This document shows positions 43,696-53,719 of a stretch of DNA of 64,000 bases, in pieces; position 1 is the first letter of the stretch; each line of letters opens with the position of its first letter. Source of the DNA: an uncultured delta proteobacterium (GTDB lineage: Bacteria; Desulfobacterota; Desulfobacteria; Desulfobacterales; Desulfatirhabdiaceae); the NCBI GenBank assembly GCA_963789395.1, contig CAWBKP010000017.1, positions 1-64,000 of the forward strand, written 5' to 3'. The notes below the pieces were generated by a model. The model saw only the letters and a program-made list of their open reading frames with translations, did no database searches and was not told the DNA's origin. The position numbers and the translations under genes are program-made.

Positions 43696-44196
43696 TTGAT
43701 GCGCTCCGGCATAGGATATGATATTCACCGCCTGGTGACCGGCCGCAAACTGGTTCTGGGCGGAGTTGATATTCCCTTTGAAAAAGGGCTTCTCGGCCAT
43801 TCGGATGCGGACGTACTGATTCATGCAATCTGCGATGCCCTGCTGGGTGCCGCCGGCCTCGGAGATATCGGTATTCATTTTCCGGATACGGACATTGCCT
43901 ACCAGGGCGTATCCAGCTTGGTGCTTCTGGATAAAACATCTCAATTGCTGGAATCCAGGGGCTTTTCCGTGGTGAATGTGGATGTTACGGTTCTGGCCCA
44001 GACTCCGAAACTGTCTCCGTTCAGAAAAGCCATGCAAGAAAATATCGCCGGCATGCTCCATCTTCCTGCCGATTGCGTCAATGTCAAGGCCACGACAACA
44101 GAAGGACTGGGGGCAATCGGCAACAGCGAGGGGATTGCAGCCTTATGCGTGGCCATGATTAACCGGAGAGACAAAAAACTGGAAACACTGTCATGA
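43696..44196 (+). CDS. ispF: 2-C-methyl-D-erythritol 2,4-cyclodiphosphate synthase
   Basis: GIGYDIH, GHSDADV, GDIGIHFP, NVKATTTEGLG. Confidence 0.96.
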   Translation: MMRSGIGYDIHRLVTGRKLVLGGVDIPFEKGLLGHSDADVLIHAICDALLGAAGLGDIGIHFPDTDIAYQGVSSLVLLDKTSQLLESRGFSVVNVDVTVLAQTPKLSPFRKAMQENIAGMLHLPADCVNVKATTTEGLGAIGNSEGIAALCVAMINRRDKKLETLS

Positions 44197-45626
44197 CGAT
44201 CTATCTGTATAATACCCTGAGCAGGAAAAAGGAAATTTTTGAGACGGTCGAACCCAACAAGGTAAAAATGTATGTCTGCGGTCCAACGGTATATGATGCC
44301 AGCCATATCGGTCATGCCCGGTCCGTGGTCGTTTTTGATGTCCTGGTCCGGTATCTGAGGGCCAGAGGGTTTGATGTGACGTATGTCCGGAATTTTACCG
44401 ATGTGGATGACAAGATCATTGCAAAAGCCAATCAAACCGGAATGTCCCCACGGGACGTGGCTGAAAAATACATTCAGGAATTCTATGCGGATATGGATGC
44501 CCTGAAAGTCGAGCGCGCCACGTATGAGCCGAGAGCCACCGAACATATCGATGATATCATCCGTATCATCCTGATACTGATCGACAAGGGTCATGCTTAT
44601 CCCCTGGATGGGGATGTGTATTTTTCGGTGGAGGGATTCTCCGGTTATGGAAAGCTTTCCGGCAGAAAACTCGATGACATGGAGGCCGGTGCGCGGGTGG
44701 ATGTGGATGTCCGGAAACGAAATCCCTTTGATTTTGCCTTATGGAAGGCGTCAAAGCCAGGTGAACCCGAATGGGACAGCCCGTGGGGCAAAGGCCGGCC
44801 CGGCTGGCACATCGAATGCTCGGCCATGAGCTCCGCCTTTCTGGGCGAAACCATCGATATCCATGGCGGCGGCATGGATCTGACCTTTCCCCACCATGAG
44901 AACGAGGTCGCACAGTCTGAAGCCGCTTTTGGAAAGACTTTCGTCAGATACTGGGTGCATAATGGTTTTGTGAATATCAACCAGGAGAAAATGTCCAAGT
45001 CACTGGGAAATTTCCTGCTGATAAAAGATGTGCTGAAGTCGTATCATCCGGAAGTCATTCGACTCTTTCTGCTCTCCAGTCATTACCGGAGCCCCATTGA
45101 TTTTAACGACAAGATCATGGAGGAATCCAGCGTAGCGCTCGATAAGGCGTATGCGCTTCTGGCAAGGCTGATGGAGCGTTTTGAAAAAAAGCCTGTTCTG
45201 TCTCAGTCCGGGGATCTCTGGGAACGCTTCTGCGAGGCAATGGATGATGATCTGAATACGGCTAAAGGGATTGGGCTGGTGTTTGATTCCGTCCGAACCA
45301 TGAACCGCCTGTTGGACGCATCGGATGAAGCCGCATCCGCGAACCTTCAGAAAACCCTGTTGACCGCCTGGTCGGATTTCCAGAAAATCGGCCGGATTCT
45401 GGGGGTGTTCAGTGAAACGCCGGAACAATACGCGGCTGACCGAAAATTGCTGGGGCTTCAGAAAACCGCAGTCGATCCTGCCTGGATTGAGAAGATGATC
45501 GCGGATCGAACCGCCGCCAGAAAAGCCAAAGAATGGCAAAAAGCCGACGATATTCGAAAACAGCTTGAAGCCATGAATGTCATTATCGAAGATCGGGCCG
45601 ACGGAACCCTGTGGCGGATGGGATGA
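44193..45626 (+). CDS. cysS: Cysteine--tRNA ligase
   Basis: CGPTVY, HIGH, GWHIECSAM, KMSKS. Confidence 0.98.
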   Translation: MTIYLYNTLSRKKEIFETVEPNKVKMYVCGPTVYDASHIGHARSVVVFDVLVRYLRARGFDVTYVRNFTDVDDKIIAKANQTGMSPRDVAEKYIQEFYADMDALKVERATYEPRATEHIDDIIRIILILIDKGHAYPLDGDVYFSVEGFSGYGKLSGRKLDDMEAGARVDVDVRKRNPFDFALWKASKPGEPEWDSPWGKGRPGWHIECSAMSSAFLGETIDIHGGGMDLTFPHHENEVAQSEAAFGKTFVRYWVHNGFVNINQEKMSKSLGNFLLIKDVLKSYHPEVIRLFLLSSHYRSPIDFNDKIMEESSVALDKAYALLARLMERFEKKPVLSQSGDLWERFCEAMDDDLNTAKGIGLVFDSVRTMNRLLDASDEAASANLQKTLLTAWSDFQKIGRILGVFSETPEQYAADRKLLGLQKTAVDPAWIEKMIADRTAARKAKEWQKADDIRKQLEAMNVIIEDRADGTLWRMG

Positions 45627-46327
45627 AAATCGACCTTCACTGTCATACGAAATACTCCGGCGATAACGATCTGGAACCGGAAGAGCTGATAGCACAGGCC
45701 TTGCACATGGGCCTTGACGGAATCTGCATCACCGAGCATTTTTCAGTTGAGGCGTCCCTGCCGGTTGAAGCCATCCCCGTGCCCGAAGGATTTCTCGTGT
45801 TTCGCGGGGTGGAGATTTCAACGGATATGGGCCATCTGCTGGCGTATGGCATTCATGATGATTCCTGGAATATTTGGAAAAAGGATCTGTATTTGAATGC
45901 ACGGGATATATTGGAACAGATCCATCGCCTGGGGGGGATTTGCGCGCCCTCCCATCCATTCCGAGGATGGGATTCTTTTGGAGCGATGGCTCTGGAGCTG
46001 GACGGGCTGGATGCCATTGAAACGCATAACAGCCGAAATACCATGGATATGAATGCGCAGGCAATGTCCTGCGCCAGGATTCGAAACCTGCCGTCTATCG
46101 GCGGAAGCGACTGCCATCGAAGAGAACATGTCGGCATGGCCTATACGGATTTCAGCAATCCGGTTATCACAATGGATAATCTGATTGCTGAAATCCGGAA
46201 GGGAAATTGCCGGGGTGTATCACTTCTAATGAGCCGTTCCGCTGGTTCCCCAGATGGAGCTCGGGAACCAGCGGAACGGCTGTGTAACCCTGCAACAGCG
46301 TTTTTACGAATACCTGCCTACCTCTGA
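45623..46327 (+). CDS. PHP-domain phosphoesterase
   Basis: DLHCHT, ITEH, SHPFR, GGSDCH; ATGA overlap with cysS. Confidence 0.88.
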   Translation: MKIDLHCHTKYSGDNDLEPEELIAQALHMGLDGICITEHFSVEASLPVEAIPVPEGFLVFRGVEISTDMGHLLAYGIHDDSWNIWKKDLYLNARDILEQIHRLGGICAPSHPFRGWDSFGAMALELDGLDAIETHNSRNTMDMNAQAMSCARIRNLPSIGGSDCHRREHVGMAYTDFSNPVITMDNLIAEIRKGNCRGVSLLMSRSAGSPDGAREPAERLCNPATAFLRIPAYL

Positions 46328-46355
46328 TAAAACCCGGGTCTTTTTATTCTAAAGA

Positions 46356-48090
46356 TCACCCTTTGATGATTCTGGGCAGCATCATGTGATGATGCGCACA
46401 GATCGAGGTGGGGTTCTGATAGGCTGTTCCGGCAAAGGCAACCAGGTATTTGCGGATGTCCGGCATGGAAGCGATCTCGTCCACCAGGCCGTGCTTGGCG
46501 CAGTAGATGGGCCGGGAATAGTCATGATATTCCTGGGCCATCTTGTTCATGCTCTCGATCACCGGATCCAGGGGGCGACCTGCGTCTTTTTCCTTGACCA
46601 GCCTGCGGGAGAAGCTGGCTGCCGCTGCGGTTTCACCGTGCATAACGTAGATTTCCGTGGTGGGAATTCCCAGGGTAAAGGCGTTGTGGCGGTTGGCAGT
46701 CGGGCCGCCCATGACGTAATGGGCCGCTGCCGTCCCTTTCCGGAGTACCACCAGCATCATGGGGACATCCGTCTGCTGGATGGAATAATTCAGACTCTGG
46801 CCCAGCCCCAGGAGCTCGGCTTTTTCGGCAATGTTTCCCACATCGATTCCGGATGTGTCCTGGAACCAGATGACCGGAACCCGGTCTCTGCCGCAGAGGG
46901 TGACAAATTCATTCATCTTGATCAGCCCCTGACGGTAGAGCTTACCGCCGATGCCGGCGTACGGGGCGTATTCCGGATAATCCTCTCCCAGATACCCCTG
47001 ACGGTTTCCGATGCATCCCACCAGAAATCCGTCCACCTTGCACAGGCCGGTATAGATTTCGGGCCCGTAAGTGGGTTTGTATTCCATGTGTTCGCTGCCG
47101 TCCACCAGCCTTGAAAGCACTTCCTCAAAATTGTACATCTGTTTCTGGTTGGCGGGAATCAGATGATACAGGTCATCGGCTGAAAACCGGGGGGCTTTGG
47201 GCTCGGCCACACGGAAAAACTTGGGATGGTAGGCCGGGATGTCCTTCATGTAGTCTTTGATGCCATCCAGAACTCCGGTTTCCTCCTCATAGACATGCCG
47301 GAAAAAACCCGTGCAGTCATGGTGAATTTCCACGCCTCCCGGCGGTTTTTCCTTGAACTGTCTGGCGGCGTTGATCAGGTTTTCCGCGCCTTCCAGATCG
47401 AAATGGCCCTTGGGCGACATGCCGCTTAAGATGCCGCCGCCGCCAACCGCCATATTGGCGTTCTTATGTGCCAGCAGGAGCATGGGGCTGATGGCCTGAT
47501 AGCCGCCGCCCGCAGGGTTGGTGCCGAAAATTGCCGCCAGCACCGGGATGCCGAGCTGCTCCAGTTCCGCATGCCTGAAAAACGTGGTGCCGCCGCCTCT
47601 TCTTCCGGCGTAGAATTTCTCCTGTTCCGTCAGCTTGACACCGCTGCAGTGAACCAGCCAGACCAGGGGGATGTGCAGGCGTTTGGAAAGATTGGTGACC
47701 CGAAGGATGTTTTCCGACTGGCCCGGAAGCCAGGCTCCGGCCATGACCTTGTTGTCAAACCCGATGATGACCGCCCATTTGCCGGAGATTTTCCCCAGGC
47801 CATCAATGACGTTGGTGGTGCCTTCCTCGATTGTTGATCGGATTGTAAATCGTATGCAGCGGACACCAGGTGCCCGGATCCACCAGATACCGCAGACGCT
47901 GCCATACGGTCATTTCCCCTCTGGCGTTGATTTTGGCTTCAGGAAAGCCCGCGTTTTTCACCTTTTCCACTTCAGCCTTTACCTGGGCCTCGACGGTTTT
48001 GATGTTTTCAATATTCTTCTCGCTGCTTTTGATCTGGCCGAGCGTCAGTTCGCTGCCAAATTCCGTCATTTTTTCAAAATAAGGTTTCAT
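46356..48090 (-). CDS. gcdA: Glutaconyl-CoA decarboxylase alpha subunit (carboxyltransferase); frameshift near 47820
   Basis: MAGAWLPGQ, CSGVKL, GTNPAGGGY, VMHGETAA, C-terminal HHMMLPR; next to glutaryl-CoA dehydrogenase. Confidence 0.88.
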
Positions 48091-48107
48091 CGGGTTGTAC
48101 TCCTTGT

Positions 48108-48503
48108 CTATGACTGATTCATGGGCCAGAGGCCTTTTTCTTCAAGTACGGATTTCAGGGTTTTCAGACCCGCATTGGCAGTTGGAACCCCGCCATAAAC
48201 CAGGGTCTGAAAAATGACTTCTGCGATTTCTTCCGGCGTGCATCCCACATTCAAGGCTGCCTGAATGTGAAGCCGGAGCTCATCCAGACGCGACAGTACG
48301 GTCAATGCCGAAATGGTTACCAGTTGCCGGGTTTTGTGGGGGATTTTCTCCCGTGCGTACATCTGGCCGGTGATAAAAAGGGACATGTCCTTTGCCAGAT
48401 CTTTGTCAAAGGCACGCCACAGCTCAAACGGTTTTTCATCCTTGACATCTTTGAAATACAGGGCCGCTGTTTTTTGGGTTTTTTCAGCCAGTGGGTTGGT
48501 CAA
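48108..48503 (-). CDS. Carboxymuconolactone decarboxylase-family protein
   Basis: KTRQLVTISAL, LHIQAALNVGCTPEEIAEVI...YGGVP; TTG start with AGGAG RBS. Confidence 0.85.
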   Translation of the reverse strand: MTNPLAEKTQKTAALYFKDVKDEKPFELWRAFDKDLAKDMSLFITGQMYAREKIPHKTRQLVTISALTVLSRLDELRLHIQAALNVGCTPEEIAEVIFQTLVYGGVPTANAGLKTLKSVLEEKGLWPMNQS

Positions 48504-48519
48504 TGGGTGTATCTCCTTT

Positions 48520-49683
48520 TTACCGGTTGGCTTTTTTAACGCCAAGCTGATCCAGGGCGATGATCATCTTGCAAATATTGGCCGAGCCTTCCACCATGGC
48601 ATAGGTCGGGGCGTCGCGGTAGAATCTGGCAACCGGATATTCCGTGGAATACCCGTATGCGCCCAGGATCCGCATGGCAAAGGTGGCGCATTTGGTCGCC
48701 ACTTCACCTGCAAAATATTTGGCCTGGGCCACATCGAGCCCGTTGTTCAGATTGCCTTGATCCTTTGCCCAGGCAGCCTTGTAGACGAGAAGGCGGGCCG
48801 CCTCGATTTCAGTGGACATCTGGGCGATCATGTCCTGGTTCATCTGAAACTCGCCGATGGGTTTTCCGAACTGTTTTCTCTGGTTGCAGTATTTGATGGC
48901 CGTATCCAGGCATGCCTGGGCAAGCCCGACACCGCCGGCAGCAGCCGAAAGGCGGGTTTGATTGAGTGAGCTGAAAACGATTTTGGCACCGTCTCCGGGT
49001 TTTCCCAAAATATTTTCCTTGGGAACCCGGGTATCGGTTAAAAAGATTTCGCCGGTCGGTGAAGAATGGGACCCCATTTTTTCCAGTTTGCTGGTTTTAA
49101 CGCCGTTGAAATTTTTCATCTCCACGACGAAGGCGGAAAGCCCCCGGGAGCCCTGGGCCTTATCGGTGTAGGCATAATAAATGATGGCGTCGGCGACATT
49201 GGCGTTTGAGATCCAGGTTTTGGAGCCGTTTAAAAGCCAGTGGTCGCCCTTGTCCTCTGCCGTGGACGACATGGCCATGACATCGGAGCCGGCATCCGGT
49301 TCGGTAATGCCGAATCCGCCCACATAATCCGCATTGACCAGTTTGGGAACATATTTTTTCCGGGTGGCTTCGGTGCCGTATTTGAAGATCGTATAGGCGC
49401 AGCCCAGGGTCTGCATGTTGATCTGAACCCTGAGGGAACTGGAGGCCTTTGCGATTTCCTCGGTGACGATCATGGCTGCCAGCCATCCCATATCTTCACC
49501 GCCGTATTCCTCGGGAATGACGGTTCCGAAAAAACCCAGCTCTCCCATGGGTTTAATGACTTCCTTATAGGGAAAATAATGGTTTTCGTCCCATTCATTG
49601 GCATGGGGTGCAATTTTTTTTGCGGCAAATTCTCTTACGGATTTTCTCAGCATTTCCAATTCTTTTGTAAGTGCAAACTGCAT
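48520..49683 (-). CDS. acd: Glutaryl-CoA dehydrogenase (non-decarboxylating type)
   Basis: ACAD motifs; from memory, closely resembles the Desulfococcus enzyme (GFGITEPDAGSDVMAMSSTAEDKGDHWLLNGSKTWISNA; MVEGSANICKMIIALDQLG); linked to gcdA. Confidence 0.85.
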   Translation of the reverse strand: MQFALTKELEMLRKSVREFAAKKIAPHANEWDENHYFPYKEVIKPMGELGFFGTVIPEEYGGEDMGWLAAMIVTEEIAKASSSLRVQINMQTLGCAYTIFKYGTEATRKKYVPKLVNADYVGGFGITEPDAGSDVMAMSSTAEDKGDHWLLNGSKTWISNANVADAIIYYAYTDKAQGSRGLSAFVVEMKNFNGVKTSKLEKMGSHSSPTGEIFLTDTRVPKENILGKPGDGAKIVFSSLNQTRLSAAAGGVGLAQACLDTAIKYCNQRKQFGKPIGEFQMNQDMIAQMSTEIEAARLLVYKAAWAKDQGNLNNGLDVAQAKYFAGEVATKCATFAMRILGAYGYSTEYPVARFYRDAPTYAMVEGSANICKMIIALDQLGVKKANR

Positions 49684-49898
49684 TCCGGTTCTCCTTTATT
49701 CTTCAGCAAATTTTTAAGACTTAAGGGTAACACCATTTCACATAAATCAGTCAGCCAAAATGATGGATGGTTTATATTTTATCGGCAAAAAATGGTATAT
49801 AAATAAAGCTATGATACAGCTATATTACGTGACGAATTAAGTCAAGAATTATTGAAAAACAGTTTCAAATACACTTTCTTGAATGGATTAAACGGGTC

Positions 49899-52058
49899 TT
49901 ACAGGCGGCGGATAAATTCCTCGACAGCCAGATAGACGTCAGCAGCTCCTTCTCCCAGCAAAATGCCATGTCTGCCGGCGTGAATCAGCAGGCAGCGTTT
50001 TTTCTCCGATCCCAGAAGCTTGAATGCTTTCCGGGTTCCTTTTTCATCCACCACCGGATCTTCATCAGACTGGACCAGAAGCGCCGGCAGGTGTATGTCT
50101 CCAAGCCGGTTTTCAGTCGATTTCATGAGCTTATCCAGCTCCAGAACACCGGAGACGGGGTTTCTGAGATAATTGATATGCGGGTTTTCGGGGTGGTTTT
50201 CAATAAATTCCATTTTGCCGTTTTCTCTTTTGACGCTGCTCATGAACCGGTTCCACATGTTAACCGCAGGGACAAACTTCGAGGAAAGGTCCTGAAGACG
50301 AAATGGCGGACACACCCCAAATACGCCGCAAAATGCCGGATGGCGAATTCGCGCCGCGGCCTCCAGGGCCAGCCCCGCGCCCATGGAAAAGCCGCCTATC
50401 ACCACTTTCCGGCACGTGCTGGTCATCAGCGCAATGGCTTCATCCGCAGAGTCCATCCAGTCCGCAGTGCTTCGAATGGCCAGATCTTCAGGGGCTGTTC
50501 CATGACCTTTCAGCCGGGGAACATAAACCCACCAGCCTTTTTCCGCAAGATATTCCGCAAGTTCCTTAAGTTCAAACGGAGCTGCCATATAGCCATGAAA
50601 CAGGACAATCCCCAGTTTGTTGAATCTTCGTTTTATCAGAATGGGTTTGCCCACTGATTTGTCTTTGGTTTCCCCTTTTAGGTAAAATTCATCATAATCG
50701 CGGTCATAATCTGACAGTGCTTTTTCCCATAATAACCGGGTAATCCGGCGGCGAATCCAGAATGCCGGCTGCCATGCCAGGCAGCGGATGCTACGCTGCA
50801 GTCTGATCAGCGGTTCGATTTCGTTGACCATCACGGCGATCGGGTTGTCGATCCGAATCCGATGAAAATCCAGAACACGGGGGTGGGTTGATGACAGTTT
50901 AATCAGATCATTGCCTTTCCGTGCCAGAATACCTTTTTCAACGGCAATTTCAACAAAATCCCGGAATCGATGATAGTTGTCATCCGTGATCAGGTGGATT
51001 TGGTTTGCGGCCAGGCTTTTATGCAAAAATGAACCGGATTCGCCTGCCTTTTGCGTGGCGGCCAGAAACACCCGACGTCTCAGGTCAAAGGCATCGATCC
51101 GTTTAAAGGGGATTTTATGAAGCATTGCGGCAAAAAGATGATCCGGATTCACGGTGGTCATGCTGTAAATCGCCGTCATGTATTGCTGCATGATTTTAAC
51201 AGCCTGTTTTCGCAGGGTTCGACGGGAAGAAATCGGGTCATCAAAATCAAAGGTACGGATGGCAGAAATATCGCGTTCAATCTTTGAGGCTTTCAGATAG
51301 TCCTGAATGGAGATCGCGGCGCCAAAGCGGATATCGATATCCACTCCGGACAGCAGCATGACGCCTTCCGTCATCATCTCATCCATCATGCGATCTGATG
51401 GATGATCCACAAAAAATTCTGCAATGCGGCTCAGCGTATTTTCTCTGGCCCGCATGGGATAATACGTGATGTTGACCGGAACAATCAGCGTCCGGGTCGT
51501 CTTCAGCGGGTCGATATCCTGAATCTGAAACAGGGACATCAATCTGCGGGCCTCATCCGGATGGGTTTCCGAGAGGGCGATAATCCGCCGGCGGTAAAAC
51601 TCGGTCCGGAGTGCCAGAGTTGCCGCGCCGGTATGCGGGGGGCGTTTGCCGCCGGCGTACGAGAGCATCAGACGGCCTTTTTCAACCAGTTTCTTGTTTT
51701 TGACCATCCGTCCTTCCGGGTAGATGATCCAGGATGCCTCTCCATTCAAAAGGCTTTTGACCATGAGCATATCCCTGTCCGGATTCCGGGTTGAAACAAC
51801 CCCGACAGACTTCAGGTAATCTCCGAGCGCACCCTTGAACAGCTCGGCATCTCCCAGGGACCAGACAGGTTTCTTGCCGGTGAGATAATAAAGGTGATAG
51901 GGAAGAAACAGGGTTTCCATGCGGGTAAAATGATTGATGACAAAAATCAGCGCTCCCTTTGGGATATTGGCGTTGTCATGAATGTTGATTCTGGCTTTAG
52001 AAAACAGCGAAAGGGTTTTGATGGCAAGCTCCGTGGTTCTGTAAGCAAAGCGATTCAT
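49899..52058 (-). CDS. PlsC-like acyltransferase fused to an alpha/beta-hydrolase (carboxylesterase)
   Basis: NHFTRME and YPEGR at the N-terminus; HGY, GHGT, GFSMG, DPVV and HGI at the C-terminus. Confidence 0.8.
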   Translation of the reverse strand: MNRFAYRTTELAIKTLSLFSKARINIHDNANIPKGALIFVINHFTRMETLFLPYHLYYLTGKKPVWSLGDAELFKGALGDYLKSVGVVSTRNPDRDMLMVKSLLNGEASWIIYPEGRMVKNKKLVEKGRLMLSYAGGKRPPHTGAATLALRTEFYRRRIIALSETHPDEARRLMSLFQIQDIDPLKTTRTLIVPVNITYYPMRARENTLSRIAEFFVDHPSDRMMDEMMTEGVMLLSGVDIDIRFGAAISIQDYLKASKIERDISAIRTFDFDDPISSRRTLRKQAVKIMQQYMTAIYSMTTVNPDHLFAAMLHKIPFKRIDAFDLRRRVFLAATQKAGESGSFLHKSLAANQIHLITDDNYHRFRDFVEIAVEKGILARKGNDLIKLSSTHPRVLDFHRIRIDNPIAVMVNEIEPLIRLQRSIRCLAWQPAFWIRRRITRLLWEKALSDYDRDYDEFYLKGETKDKSVGKPILIKRRFNKLGIVLFHGYMAAPFELKELAEYLAEKGWWVYVPRLKGHGTAPEDLAIRSTADWMDSADEAIALMTSTCRKVVIGGFSMGAGLALEAAARIRHPAFCGVFGVCPPFRLQDLSSKFVPAVNMWNRFMSSVKRENGKMEFIENHPENPHINYLRNPVSGVLELDKLMKSTENRLGDIHLPALLVQSDEDPVVDEKGTRKAFKLLGSEKKRCLLIHAGRHGILLGEGAADVYLAVEEFIRRL

Positions 52059-52096
52059 GGTCTCCCCTTTTTTCCGTTTTCCAGCGTTCTTCCCTG

Positions 52097-52125
52097 TTGA
52101 CACCCACTGTAAATATCACTAAATT
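52097..52125 (+). promoter_or_regulatory. Candidate sigma70 promoter for the NIL-ferredoxin/mnmA pair
   Basis: TTGACA-17 nt-TAAATT. Confidence 0.5.
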
Positions 52126-52169
52126 AACGAGTATTGATAAAAAAATAAAGAGATTTCCGGAGGTTCACG

Positions 52170-52598
52170 GTGTATTCGAAAATATTGATTCTGCGGTTTC
52201 CCAGAACCGAGGTCCAAAAACCCCTTGTCTGTTATCTGGTCAAGGACTATGATCTGATTTTTAACATACTGAATGCAGCCATTCTTCCGCGAAAAGAAGG
52301 CATCATGGTTCTGGAGTTGTCCGGATCCCGGAAAAATTTCAAGGAAGGCGTCAAGTTTTTAAAATCCCAGGGGGTTCAGGTTCAAAACGCTTCTCAGGAA
52401 GTCAAGCGGGACATGAATAAATGCACCCAGTGCGGGGCATGCACGGCGGTCTGCCCTACGGCCGCACTGCATATTGTGCGTCCGGAGATGTCTGTGGAAT
52501 TTGATGAAACCAAATGCAGCGTGTGTGAACTCTGTATTACGGCCTGCCCCACGCGGGCCATGGCTGCCCGGCCCACGGCCCAGACTTTTTTTGAATGA
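52170..52598 (+). CDS. NIL domain + 2x[4Fe-4S] ferredoxin
   Basis: LVKDYDLIFNILNA...EGIMVLELSG; CTQCGACTAVCP and CSVCELCITACP. Confidence 0.88.
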   Translation: MYSKILILRFPRTEVQKPLVCYLVKDYDLIFNILNAAILPRKEGIMVLELSGSRKNFKEGVKFLKSQGVQVQNASQEVKRDMNKCTQCGACTAVCPTAALHIVRPEMSVEFDETKCSVCELCITACPTRAMAARPTAQTFFE

Positions 52599-53668
52599 AG
52601 CCGGTAACTGCCGTTGCCTTGAGCGGCGGCGTTGATTCCCTGTTCGCGGCAGCACTCCTGATTCAACAGGGGTATCCGGTGGTCGGGATTCATTTTGTTA
52701 CCGGTTATGAAAACCCTGACAATCCTTCCCCCAAACAGCTTGCGGAAATGCTGGCTTCCCGGCTGGGCATCGATGTTTACCTGATGGATGCAGTTCAGCC
52801 GTTCCAGCAAACCGTTGTCGACTATTTTGTCCGGACGTATCTGTCTGGACTCACACCCAATCCCTGCATGGTCTGTAATCCCCTGATCAAGTTCGGAACT
52901 GTTCTGGATTACGCCCGGAGCATAGGCGCTTTCCGTCTGGCAACCGGTCATTATGCCAGGATTACATCGGATTTGAGTGGCACGATGCACCTGTTGAAGG
53001 GCATCGATCCGATAAAGGACCAGTCCTATTTTTTGTCTCGCATGACGCAGACACAACTGGCCCATGCCTGTTTTCCCCTGGGCGGCATGACCAAATTCCA
53101 AGTCATCCAACTGGCCGATGAGATGAAGCTTCAGCCGGTTCATCACGGGGAAAGCCAGGATATCTGCTTTATCACGGACCGGAAATATGGCGAATTTCTG
53201 GCCAATCAGGAAGGATTCGTTTCGCCTTCCGGGCCGATTATAACGGTTGCTGGAAAAATCATCGGCGAGCATCCGGGCCTGCATTTATTCACCATCGGCC
53301 AGCGCCGAGGCATCAACTGCCCTGCTGCGCAGCCCTACTATGTGGTCCGGCTGGATCGAAAGGCCAACGCCCTGGTGGTGGGATTTAAATCCGATCTGCT
53401 GGCTTCATCCTGCAGGGTGACGGGTATCAACTGGATTGTAGGTCCTCCGGAGTTTCCGGCAAGGGTATTCACCCGTGTCAGGTACCGTTCCCAAGCGGTT
53501 TGTTCAACGTTGTTTCAAATGGATCCGGATGGGGTGACGGTCGAATTTGACACCCCCCAACCGTCAGTCACGCCGGGGCAGGGGGCTGTTTTTTACCGGG
53601 AAGACGATGAGGTTATTGGCGGCGGGTGGATTTCCCATATTCCAGAACAGATCGCAGCAAGCAGTTGA
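52595..53668 (+). CDS. mnmA: tRNA 2-thiouridine(34) synthase
   Basis: SGGVDS, TPNPCMVCN, ATGHYAR, KDQSYFL, ESQDICF, TPGQGAVFY. Confidence 0.95.
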   Translation: MKPVTAVALSGGVDSLFAAALLIQQGYPVVGIHFVTGYENPDNPSPKQLAEMLASRLGIDVYLMDAVQPFQQTVVDYFVRTYLSGLTPNPCMVCNPLIKFGTVLDYARSIGAFRLATGHYARITSDLSGTMHLLKGIDPIKDQSYFLSRMTQTQLAHACFPLGGMTKFQVIQLADEMKLQPVHHGESQDICFITDRKYGEFLANQEGFVSPSGPIITVAGKIIGEHPGLHLFTIGQRRGINCPAAQPYYVVRLDRKANALVVGFKSDLLASSCRVTGINWIVGPPEFPARVFTRVRYRSQAVCSTLFQMDPDGVTVEFDTPQPSVTPGQGAVFYREDDEVIGGGWISHIPEQIAASS

Positions 53669-53719
53669 ATGCGTTTTCTGCCTGCTGCGGGTTATCTGTC
53701 AACGAAAGAATAGGCCGGC

